From contig CAVPXM010000090.1 in NCBI GenBank assembly GCA_963709405.1, forward strand, positions 1-18,468: a stretch of DNA of 18,468 nucleotides, read 5' to 3'. A program made the position numbers and the translations under genes. The stretch is from an uncultured Nitrososphaerales archaeon (GTDB taxonomy: Archaea; Thermoproteota; Nitrososphaeria; Nitrososphaerales; Nitrososphaeraceae). The notes under the pieces were generated by a model. That model did no database searches. It worked only from the letters and a program-made list of their open reading frames with translations, and was not told the DNA's origin. Shown here in pieces: positions 1 to 9,011 of the stretch (positions are counted from its first letter, which is position 1; each line of letters begins with the position of its first letter).

Positions 1-1034
1 ATCGCGTTATTATCTCAGATAAGGTAATGTTATGTTCAGTCTTGTTTGAAAAGATAATATCTCTTGCTCTATGATGAACCTCTGGCAAGTTCTTTGGAAG
101 TGTATTAACTTTTTTGGAATAATTTTCTACCAAAAAATTCTTTTTATCATTTATTGGAGATGTATCTAGTACATCCCTTAACGGAGTATTGCTTAATAAT
201 CCGTCATCCCACGTGAATACGCCATCTTTTTACTTCTTCCATGGAAAATTATATAAAGGATAAGTGGATGTTGCAAGGATATGTTTTGGAGTTATCTGTT
301 GCTTATAACTATCAAATGTTAGAGATTCTGCAGTTAAAATGTTCACTGCAGTTAAGATCAAACATGTATTTGGATTTTCTTTAGGTCTTAATTTATCAAA
401 ATCGATGTATTTTTCGAGATTTTGCCAGTGGTGAGTGATCATACATACCAGTCCACTTTATGGGTGTAAAGTAATCTGGATCAGCTAATACGTTGTTACG
501 CATCCACCTGGGCTTGAACATTTTATCATTTCCAAATATAACTGAGCTATAAAATGCCTTTAGCTGTTTAACCCTACGATTATATTCATTTGCATTTGTC
601 AAATAGATTTTTTGTTGTGATCATAGTCCGAGGTCATCATAATAGCTTTTAGATGGCATAAATTGCTCTATAAGTTGGAATATTGAATCAGAAGAAAGAT
701 GAAGAGTGGTTTTGTCTAAATCTATATAGCTGTCAGCTAATTCCAGCCAGAACTGTTCTAAGAGTTGCTCTGGATGTTTTTCGTCCTTGCTACCTACCAT
801 AATTGCAGCATTTATTCCACCTATTGAAGTACCTGCAATAATATCAAGATGTATTTTGTTCTTTGTAAGTTCCTTGTAGACCCCGCATCCGAACGCTCCC
901 AAAGATCCATCACCTTGAAGTATCAATACGTTCTCAATCCTTTTGTTGTTCTCTACTATTGCTAATGATGACAATTCAGCATTACTGCTGTTGTTATCTT
1001 CATACGTTTTTTTGGTACGAATTTTCGTTACCAT
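1..1034 (-). pseudogene. Patatin-like phospholipase/esterase pseudogene (runs off the window start)
   Basis: Motifs LILQGDGSLG (Gly-rich loop), IAGTSIG (GxSxG nucleophile) and WDDGLLSNTP (DGG motif region) are present. The gene is broken by in-frame TGA 621-623, a frameshift near 420 and in-frame TAA 230-232, after which the frame stays open to position 1 (KDGVFTWDDGLLSNTPLRDVLD...HRARDIIFSNKT). Confidence 0.9.
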
Positions 1035-1113
1035 TTTGAATATTTGTTTGTTTGAAGTATTCGCCTATTTTTTTATTGATTGTTTTTATTCATTATTTAT
1101 TCGAATAATATTT

Positions 1114-2571
1114 TCATTCTACATGATGATTATATAGAAGTTGGTCGTAGAGTCGAACTGATTTGATGTTAACAAATTCCAGCATACCAAATCTTGACAA
1201 TTCTCTGCCAAACCCACTATTCTTGACGCCACCGAACGGAACTCTTGGATCAGATACTACCATATTATTTACAGTGACGATCCCTGATTCCACCATCGCA
1301 GATAGTTTTTCTGCCTTTTCAAGATCTTGTGTCCATATACTTGCACCAAGGCCAAATTTGGAATCATTTGCAATCTTTATAGCTTCCATTTCATCATTAG
1401 CTGCAATTATTGGTGCAACCGGTCCAAATACTTCTTCTTGTGCTATTTCCATTTTAGGCAAGACATTCTTGAGAATAGTGGGACGATAAAAGTATCCTTT
1501 ATTTTTTACTTTCTCTCCACCTGTAAGTAGTTCGGCTCCTTCTTTTATAGACATCTTTACAATTCTATCCATATTCTCAACTGATTTAGCATTAACAAGT
1601 GGTCCCATATCTGTATCATCTAAAAGTGGATCATCAACTCTAAGTTTTTCAGTCTTCTGAACAAACTTCTCAGTAAACTCGTCTGCTACTCTTTTAACTA
1701 CAATAAACCTTTTAGATGCTATACAGCTTTGTCCACAATTAATGAATCTACCTTTAACTGCACCAGTTGAAGCTTTTTCAATATCTACATCTTCACACAC
1801 TATGAATGGATCACTTCCTCCTAGCTCAAGTACGGTTTTCTTTAGTTGTGATGTTGCTCTTTGTGCAACCTTTGCTCCAATAGGTACGCTGCCTGTAAAA
1901 GTTACAGCACTAATACCATTAGAATCGATAAGTGTCTCTGCAATAGTTGAGTCTCCTATCAATGTTTGAAAAACACCTTCTGGTACTCCAGCCTTACGAA
2001 AAGTATTCTCAATCTCAATTCCACATTGCATTGTAGCACTAGCTGGTTTTAATACAATAGTGTTTCCAACCATCAATGAGGGAGCTGCAAACCTTATTCC
2101 CTGCCAGTAAGGAAAATTCCACGGCATTATGCTACCTATGACTCCAATAGGCTCAAACGATACGGTACTTTTTCTTGCATCTGTATTGACAACTTCGGCG
2201 GTTGAAAAAATTTTTCCATTATCCGCATAATATTCTATTACCCATGCACATTTTTCTATTTCTGATCTTGATTCCTTTATTGCTTTTCCCATCTCCTCTG
2301 TAGCTGTTTTGGCGAGTTTCTCTTTATTTTTTCTAAGCTCTTTTGCAAATGCATAAAGAAAATCTGATCTTTTATCAATATTCTTCTTCCATTCTAAGAA
2401 TGCGTTTTTTGCTTGTTTTATTGATTCATTTATCTGTTCTTTGCACATTATTTCATATTCTTTGAGAACTTGTTCCGTTGTAGGATTTGTTGTCTGTAGT
2501 TTTGATTTTCTATAATCATGCAGCTCTTTCTTTTTATCATTATTATGAATATTTTCGTTAGCAGATCTCAC
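1114..2571 (-). CDS. gabD: NAD(P)-dependent aldehyde dehydrogenase, succinate-semialdehyde dehydrogenase (GabD1/Sad-like) family
   Basis: 485 aa with IMPWNFP, LKPAS, FTGS, LELGGSDP (catalytic Glu), NCGQSC (catalytic Cys), EEVFGPV and PFGGVKNSGFGRE. The GTG start overlaps the ADH stop (GTGA). Substrate is not proven. Confidence 0.9.
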   Translation of the reverse strand: MRSANENIHNNDKKKELHDYRKSKLQTTNPTTEQVLKEYEIMCKEQINESIKQAKNAFLEWKKNIDKRSDFLYAFAKELRKNKEKLAKTATEEMGKAIKESRSEIEKCAWVIEYYADNGKIFSTAEVVNTDARKSTVSFEPIGVIGSIMPWNFPYWQGIRFAAPSLMVGNTIVLKPASATMQCGIEIENTFRKAGVPEGVFQTLIGDSTIAETLIDSNGISAVTFTGSVPIGAKVAQRATSQLKKTVLELGGSDPFIVCEDVDIEKASTGAVKGRFINCGQSCIASKRFIVVKRVADEFTEKFVQKTEKLRVDDPLLDDTDMGPLVNAKSVENMDRIVKMSIKEGAELLTGGEKVKNKGYFYRPTILKNVLPKMEIAQEEVFGPVAPIIAANDEMEAIKIANDSKFGLGASIWTQDLEKAEKLSAMVESGIVTVNNMVVSDPRVPFGGVKNSGFGRELSRFGMLEFVNIKSVRLYDQLLYNHHVE

Positions 2572-3638
2572 GGATTTAATACTCCTCTTCCAATAATTTT
2601 ACCCTCTTTTAACTTTGATAATGCTTCTGTGGCTTGATTAAGTTTAAATTTGTCCGATATTACTGGCCTAATTATTTCTCTGTCTGCCAATGATATCAAT
2701 TCAGTCATATCAGCTAAAGTTCCAGTATAGGATCCAATTAACCTATATGCCCTTGTTGGCATCGTTACCAGGTTTAGTCTTAATTCCCCTCCAAAAAGAC
2801 CTACGAGTACGACTTTGGCTCGTCTTCTTAGAAATTTCATATCTGTGTCCACGGTTTTTGAAGCATTTACGAAATCAATAACCACATCTGCACCCATGTT
2901 GTTGGTTAATTCCATTACAGATTTGGTAATGTCAGTCTCTGTCTTGGTATTGATTATATCGTCTGCACCGTTGTCTTTTGCCACTTTAAGCTTTTTATCA
3001 TCTAAATCTAAAGCAATAATCCTTGCTCCAGATACAGCCTTTGCCAGCTGCATAGCCATCAGACCTAATCCGCCTGCTCCTACAATAACCACATTATCGT
3101 AGGGCTTCATACCAGTATTCTTAACCGCGCCATATGCTGTGAGCGCAGAACACGATAAAGTTGCCACTACATCCATGTCGATATGTTCTGGTAACTTGAC
3201 AAGATATCTGTAGCTTGGTATCAAAATATATTCAGCATACCCTCCATCATTATAAATTCCTAATGATCTAGGATTGTCACATAGATTTTCCTCACCCAGT
3301 CTGCATGCAGGACAAAGTCCTTCGCCTATCCAAGGATATACAAGAACCTTGTCTTTTTTAAGTATTCTTCCTTGTTGTTGTACTTCCTCGCCAATACTTT
3401 CTACTATGCCAGATATTTCATGCCCGGGTGTTAATGGATAAGTTACTCCTCTATCCGTTGTCTTTAAAAATTGTCCTCCTGGACCTTCGTATCCACCTTG
3501 CCAAAGATGTATGTCGCTATGACAGACACCAGAAGACTGAATCTTAACAAGAACTTGTGACCCTTTGGGGTTTGGTATCTCAATATCTTGTATTTCTAAC
3601 GATTCCTTTGGTTTAACGATCCTTGCAGCTTTCATCAT
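2568..3638 (-). CDS. adh: Zn-dependent NAD(H) alcohol dehydrogenase (MDR family, Sulfolobus ADH-like)
   Basis: GVCHSD, GHE, structural Zn site EGLCPACRLGEENLC (Glu as first ligand, as in crenarchaeal ADH) and Rossmann motif GAGGLG followed by an acidic residue (NAD preference). Confidence 0.93.
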   Translation of the reverse strand: MMKAARIVKPKESLEIQDIEIPNPKGSQVLVKIQSSGVCHSDIHLWQGGYEGPGGQFLKTTDRGVTYPLTPGHEISGIVESIGEEVQQQGRILKKDKVLVYPWIGEGLCPACRLGEENLCDNPRSLGIYNDGGYAEYILIPSYRYLVKLPEHIDMDVVATLSCSALTAYGAVKNTGMKPYDNVVIVGAGGLGLMAMQLAKAVSGARIIALDLDDKKLKVAKDNGADDIINTKTETDITKSVMELTNNMGADVVIDFVNASKTVDTDMKFLRRRAKVVLVGLFGGELRLNLVTMPTRAYRLIGSYTGTLADMTELISLADREIIRPVISDKFKLNQATEALSKLKEGKIIGRGVLNP

Positions 3639-3747
3639 AATTATTGTTTACCATTCCTAAAAGACCATTCTATTACTATCTCTGATAAATGTTTTCTATT
3701 ATTTTGGTATTCTTTTTCTGCAGGAGGGAAAACAGAATCACAAATCA

Positions 3748-4345
3748 CTAGCGATTATTCTGTTTAGCTTGTACTTTTATATCCCCTGTAATGATGCAGT
3801 ATTGTCTACGTCGTCTCAGCAGAGTATAACTCGAGTCCTTGACATCTTTTAATATTATTTCAGATTTATCCATTTCAAGTTTGTTGTAAGGCTTGTATCC
3901 GTAGTCATACTCGTAAATGCTAAGCATAGCAGTATCACTTTCAACTTCTCTATTAAGCCGGCCCATGACTTGAACTATACTATCGATAGGTGCCTTCTCT
4001 CTGAAAATTTGAGAAGCTTATGTTTACTCCAGCTTCGACAACTTGTGTTGAAACCAAAATGAATTTCTCCTTTGATTTTTCCTTTTCATCTAATTTCCTC
4101 AAAATATTAATTCTATCTTGTTTCTTTATTCCTGTAGATTGATACATTGCATCTGGGAAGTCTTTCAAGATCTTATGGAAGATATTTACAGCTTTTCGTC
4201 TAGTGTTAGCCATTACTAAGGTACGGTCTTTTTGAATAGACAAATCAGACCAACGTTTAAAGCTTATTTGTTTTCTGGTTAAGTCAAGATATGAATTAAT
4301 GAAATCTTCTGGGATCCTTGTGGAAGGAATAGGATCTTTCAGCAT
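3748..4345 (-). pseudogene. cas3: CRISPR-associated helicase Cas3, C-terminal fragment (frameshifted, 5' truncated)
   Basis: SF2 motifs typical of Cas3: LVMANTRRKA (IV) and ILVSTQVVEAGVNISF (V). After a frameshift near 4005 the other frame reads FREKAPIDSIVQVMGRLNRE (VI). No HD domain, Walker A or DEAH motif is seen upstream. Confidence 0.85.
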
Positions 4346-4493
4346 AATATAAACTAGTCCATTATTGTTGTTATGAATATATTCTTTAGGAATTTTTCTT
4401 CGAAAGATCAGGTATACATAAGAGTGCTAAGACAAGTAGTGATAGCTTTATTTTCGTCTACAGAAGTAATGAAGTAATAGTAACTAAAAAGAG

Positions 4494-4805
4494 ATGAAGA
4501 TAGTGAAGTCAAACCATAGAAACCGATCTCACATTCCACGACCATTAATTTGCATCTACACTAATCAAAACAGAAATGAATTTGCCATTGGCTTAGAGAA
4601 AGATGAGAATTTTATGGCAATCACAAAAGTTGGTGATTCATATACAAGATTTGTAGATGCATATGATCAGATAATAAATGATGAAAACAAAGTTAATTGG
4701 AAACTAGAATTAAAGAGATGGATTGCCGCCGCAAAGAAAAATGAATCAATATTTGTTGAGATTGACCTTAGTGGTTGGAATCAAGAAGGAGAAAGGATTG
4801 ACTAA
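4494..4805 (+). CDS. Hypothetical protein (103 aa)
   Basis: ATG-initiated ORF with protein-like composition that fills an otherwise empty interval. No motif recognised. Confidence 0.6.
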   Translation: MKIVKSNHRNRSHIPRPLICIYTNQNRNEFAIGLEKDENFMAITKVGDSYTRFVDAYDQIINDENKVNWKLELKRWIAAAKKNESIFVEIDLSGWNQEGERID

Positions 4806-5020
4806 CCATTGTGCATAAACATATGTCATAATCTAGATTTCAGCTCTACACTTCCTGACAGCATAAGTATAACCTATCTGTAAGTTATATTGTCACCCAT
4901 GTCTGGAAGTACTATAACTACTCAATGTTTTTGAATATCAGTGCTAGATAGGAGTACGATTAGTCATGTAAATATAAGATACATTTGAGTATAAGTACAT
5001 ACTTTCACCAGTATAGCGTT

Positions 5021-5416
5021 ATGAAGAAGATTATTGCTGTTGTATTCCCTGATCTCGACGAAGTGATTAGAATAGAATTAGATGATTCCCTTGCACCAAA
5101 GACCTTTAAGGCAATATTTGAGAATCTACCAATTGAAGTTAATATCAATAGATGGGGAGATGAGCTCTATACCGATCGAACTATGGTATCTGTAGGACCA
5201 GAAGACAACGCAAAGACAGAAGTTAATAAATTAGATGTTGCATATTGGCCTGAGGGCAAAGCATTATGTTTATTCTTCGGACCGACTCCTATCAGTAAGG
5301 ACGAAAGGATATTGGCGTACTCTCCTGTGAATATTTTAGGCAGAATTATAGATTCAGATAAAGACGAGATATTGAGTCAGATTAAAAATGGAGCAAAAGT
5401 AATCATTAAAGGATAA
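5021..5416 (+). CDS. Cyclophilin-like fold protein (DUF369/TM1367-type)
   Basis: NRWGDELY, DVAYWPEGKALCLFFGPTPIS and SPVNILGRI. ATG 5021 is preferred over TTG 4985. Confidence 0.85.
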   Translation: MKKIIAVVFPDLDEVIRIELDDSLAPKTFKAIFENLPIEVNINRWGDELYTDRTMVSVGPEDNAKTEVNKLDVAYWPEGKALCLFFGPTPISKDERILAYSPVNILGRIIDSDKDEILSQIKNGAKVIIKG

Positions 5417-5451
5417 AATGTAGGCATACAAGAAAACATGATGCCCCATAA

Positions 5452-5943
5452 ATGAATAATTATCAAAATTAATCATATTTCCTATTTCCATTTACATATC
5501 TCGGATATTTGCAACTAATATCTCGGAATGTAGAGCCAATTTACATCATCGAATTCATCCTTTTGGTAGGAGCTTGAACATGTCATTATTGCCAATATTT
5601 TGATAGGAACTATCATTATACTTCTAATGCTTGGACCATTGCTTGGAGGTTTGTTATACAAGAACAATTATGATTTCAATCTTTTAATCGTATGCTTATA
5701 CCAATTATATTTCCTGCTTTTGTTGTATCTGTATTATTTTTGACTGGAAATTCTGTATCTATTCATCCTAAGATAATCATTCATCCTATGGTAATCGTAG
5801 ATGTATTTTCTCAAATCGTGTCTATATCCATTGTAGATGCTCTTCTTCTTCTAAATCTTTATCCTGTAGAACGACTAACAATTAAGAATGTCAGCCCTGC
5901 AGAAAATGACCAGCTTGAAACTGGACTGTCATACTCCATATAA
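5452..5943 (+). pseudogene. Degenerate multi-pass membrane protein gene
   Basis: Consecutive hydrophobic segments in three frames (IYIIEFILLVGA; ANILIGTIIILLMLGPLLGGLLY; MLIPIIFPAFVVSVLFL...) separated by stops and frameshifts. Confidence 0.4.
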
Positions 5944-6150
5944 GGGGATAAGAATAAGGAACATGAGTATGATTGATGCCACGAGAAGTCATATTAATCA
6001 TAAAAGCTCTTTGCGATTACGACATATTATTGGCCCAGATTATGAACTGCGCCATTACCCTTCAGAATAAAATGGTAGTATAATTTGTAGTCGAAGCAAG
6101 GCAGTTAGATATTGAACAAGAATAAACTCGGGAAGAAAAGACTGAACTAC

Positions 6151-6184
6151 TCTCTTCTCTTCTCTTCTCTTCTCTTCTCTTCTC
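6151..6184. repeat. Pentanucleotide microsatellite (TCTCT)6 TCTC
   Basis: Perfect tandem run read directly from the sequence. Confidence 0.95.
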
Positions 6185-6274
6185 AATGACACCATAAAAG
6201 TCATATAGATAAATATCAATATTTCACTATTGAATTAGCTATTACGTCCTAATTTGAATTCATTCTAAAATAAT

Positions 6275-6345
6275 CGTGGTAATAGAGAAAATAAGTGTAA
6301 CTAAGTGGTAATAATGATAACACCGTGGTAATAGCTCTTAACACC
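6275..6345 (+). repeat. Imperfect direct repeats of GTGGTAATA (three copies) upstream of the HTH pseudogene
   Basis: CGTGGTAATAG 6275-6285, AGTGGTAATAA 6304-6314 and CGTGGTAATAG 6324-6334. The last two units are each followed by TAACACC (6318-6324, 6339-6345). Confidence 0.75.
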
Positions 6346-6383
6346 TTTAAGATTCACATTTACATATATTAAATATAAAAACC

Positions 6384-6944
6384 ATGATAGGCCTAACAAG
6401 AAAAGAAAAAGAAAACCTAGTTTTAGATCTTTATTATAATCAAGGAAAGACTTATAGTGAAATATCCAAGGAAGCACGAATATCTCTGCGTGATATTGGA
6501 CCTATTTTGAAAAAGTCCGGATCAGACCAATCCTTGTCCGATTCCTCTTAGGCCTACCAACTATTTTCAGAGAACAAGTCTCCGCTACACGTGGCTATTA
6601 AATTAGGCCTAAAGGAACCTGAAGTGCATGAATTGTACAGACAATACTGGAAACTACGGCAACTCTATACTCTTTGTAAAGTCTATGAAAATGTTAAAGA
6701 CGATATCTGGTCATTTGTAGAGCTGTACAGATTAACCAAGGTTGTAGGTATGGATCATAAGCATGTCAAAAAACTTCTCGAAATTGCCAATAATGATTTG
6801 CCAATCGTACAGGCTAAGTACGAAGGATTACGAATAGAAGTAGATCTCTTGGAATCTGAGAGAGTCTTGAGAAACAAATATTTGATTTACATGCTACTTT
6901 GGTTCAATATCGTACGTCTTACCGAGAGGCATTGTCTCAAATAG
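6384..6944 (+). pseudogene. Tandem-HTH / coiled-coil protein pseudogene (family I recall as expanded in Nitrososphaeraceae)
   Basis: ATG 6384 gives MIGLTRKEKENLVLDLYYNQGKTYSEISKEARISLRDIGPILKK (HTH). In-frame TAG 6549-6551 falls in SS*AYQLFSENKSPLHVAIKLGLKEPEV (second HTH) and the frame continues into ORF 6591-6944. The tail is frameshifted and probably extends to about 7060. Confidence 0.75.
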
Positions 6945-7476
6945 ACACTCTGCATCAAGAAAGATTTGGACTGAAAGAGTCTTGAAGGCAATTCGAGTAT
7001 AGTAAGAACTGTGTATCGACATTAGAGACTAGACAATGGAGTCGCCGGTTCATGAGCAATTAAAGAAATATTATCATGAAATATCATGATATATGGGAGA
7101 AAATAGTCCATTATTCTAAACAGTCACCTGATGAATATCTATTCATGTGTTCATTTAAATCATAGCGACACAAGTTCAATATTTTCCCGGGTATTTTTTG
7201 TGAAATCATGGTCTGCTCCTTGTAGCGGATCCCGTAACATTTTGATTTAATTATATAATTAAATTTATAGCTGAAAATCAAAAATTGTACTATACATACA
7301 AATAACTAATGAATTCCTTTTCGTAGCAGATTAAAGAAAAATAGTTCTTATAAATGCTAACTATGATGGCGCAAATATCGACACTCCCATATCGCGGCGA
7401 CTAACTAAATAGGTGCGGCAATTTTGTCCATGAACTATACCAAATCCTATATAAACACAAACTTTACCGAGTGCTA

Positions 7477-8642
7477 AGTGAGGTGTCCATATTTATGTCG
7501 TATTTTATTTATCATCTAGTCTAGATTTTTGTATAGTTAAAGCTTAACATATGTAGAATATCTCTATTTTATGAATCATCCTTCTACTCTAAAACTTTCT
7601 AGAGGTCAGGAGAATATGTTAAAGTCAATCATGAAGAGTACCGATAATAAAAAGGATTATCGTAGGTTGCTGGCTATACTACAAAAAGGAGAAGGTAGAA
7701 CCTATCATGACATAGCAAAGGAGCATGGAGTTAGCAGTAGATCTGTACAAAGATGGGTCGCTGCATACATTAAGAAAGGGCTAGTCGGAATAAAGATCAA
7801 GAAACCTGGAGGATCGAAATCTAGGATAACTGATAGGGATAAAGAGATTATCCTTTCAGCATTGTTTAACGATCCACATATCTTTGGTTATCTAAGGAAT
7901 ACATGGAGTCTAAGGTCGCTGGCAAGGTGTCTTACAGATGAGCTTGATATTCCAATCAGTTTCAAACATCTACAAAGAATAACTAAGGATATGGGAATTA
8001 GATGCAAAAGACCAAAATTGGAACTATTACATGGAGAGGATTATGAACAAGGGAAAAAGAGAGTGGATAACTACAAGCATGTTGCATCAGACTCTGAAAA
8101 AAAGAGAGTTATAATGGCATTTGAAGATGAAACTACCATAACACAGAAACCTTGTATTCACAAGTCCATGAGTTTTGAAGGCCAGCAACAAAGGATAGAA
8201 CATAATGGAAGTAGAAGGAAGTTCTCCGCATATATATCCATGCTATGGCCTGAAGAGAAATTAATGACGTATGATTTCTATGATGATAGAATGAATTCTA
8301 CGAATACTATTGACCATCTGGAGAATCTAAGAGAAACATTATGAAAAGTGATTGGTAGAAAAGACTCATACTCATATGGGATAACGCTTCATACCATGTA
8401 AGCCTAATGGTACGGAATTATATCAATGCACAGAAAGAAGAAGACTGGCTGACCATTATTCACCTACCAAAGAAAGCACCATACCTAAATCCAAATGAAA
8501 GGAAAGTAAACCAGCAGATAAAATCAGATGTGTGTGCAAACAGATTTTATACGCAGATAGAAGAACAGAAAGCTGCAGTATCAGGTTATCTAGAGAGTAG
8601 ATTTGGAACTTGGAATGACGACAGACACTACGACACTTGACT
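7477..8642 (+). mobile_element. IS630-family insertion sequence (inactive copy)
   Basis: Flanked by TA at 7475-7476 and 8643-8644. Imperfect TIRs TAAGTGAGGTGTCCATATTTATGTCG versus reverse complement TAAGTCAAGTGTCGTAGTGTCTGTCG match at 18/26 positions including the TA. Confidence 0.85.
7571..8640 (+). pseudogene. IS630-family transposase (frameshift near 8335 and TAG at 8356-8358)
   Basis: N-terminal HTH (TYHDIAKEHGVSSRSVQRWV), WSLRSLA, and DDE triad FEDET / IWDNASYH / PYLNPNE. The second and third catalytic residues lie in the shifted frame. Confidence 0.9.
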
Positions 8643-8783
8643 TATCCTGGTTCTCCAGTAATTAGTTATGAAAGTCCAAATGAAGAAGTAGGAGAAGATG
8701 TCATCCTTATTGAAAGAGGAGAATACAGATGTAGGAAGTGCAACAGCATCATAGCACTTTATCGCAGGTTCAATAAATAAATA

Positions 8784-8817
8784 ATAATAGAAAATAACTC
8801 GAGTAATTGTCTATTAT
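8784..8817. other. 34-bp imperfect palindrome between convergent genes (possible terminator or protein-binding site)
   Basis: ATAATAGAAAATAACTC|GAGTAATTGTCTATTAT has 15 of 17 pairs complementary and starts 3 nt after the stop at 8780. Confidence 0.45.
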
Positions 8818-9011
8818 CCAAGACTTGGTTTTCTAGCCAATAGATCAATTTCAAACTCTTCAAATTTCTCTATAGATTTTGTCATGTTGAACCCAATTTA
8901 AAGACTGATATCAGTATGGCCCCAAGGGAGTATGAATCAAATTTGACTCCATTTTAGGCTCAGTCATTTTAATAACTATAGATCTATAGGTTAACACTAT
9001 TGATAATCCAA

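Larger units (their letters stand above)
7430..8780 (+). pseudogene. Small (60 aa) putative Zn-ribbon protein gene interrupted by IS630
   Basis: Joining 7430-7476 to 8645-8780 (IS plus one TA removed) gives the open frame MNYTKSYINTNFTECYPGSPVISYESPNEEVGEDVILIERGEYRCRKCNSIIALYRRFNK*. Confidence 0.6.

Noticed and set aside
943-3102. Plus-strand ORFs 943-1137, 1163-1489, 1327-1530, 1742-1969, 2690-2881 and 2815-3102
   Set aside because: They are antisense shadows of well-supported minus-strand genes.
3640-4500. CRISPR array near the cas3 fragment
   Set aside because: I found no 24-40-bp repeats with unique spacers here or elsewhere in the window. The 6275-6345 repeats are too short and irregular.
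7030-7055. Fluoride-riboswitch-like text (ATGGAGTCGCC)
   Set aside because: It lacks the pairing 5' GGCG arm and the downstream GCTGATGAC/pseudoknot segment, and it lies in the decayed tail of the HTH gene.
8097-8103. Programmed -1 frameshift at the A7 run of IS630
   Set aside because: The frame already reads through to FEDET in this copy. The actual break near 8335 has no slippery heptamer and is followed by a stop.
6549-8358. Amber read-through (pyrrolysine or recoding) suggested by in-frame TAG at 6549 and 8356
   Set aside because: The same genes also carry frameshifts, other pseudogenes break at TGA and TAA, and TAG serves as a normal stop elsewhere (e.g. the IS5 transposase and the DUF2080 gene).
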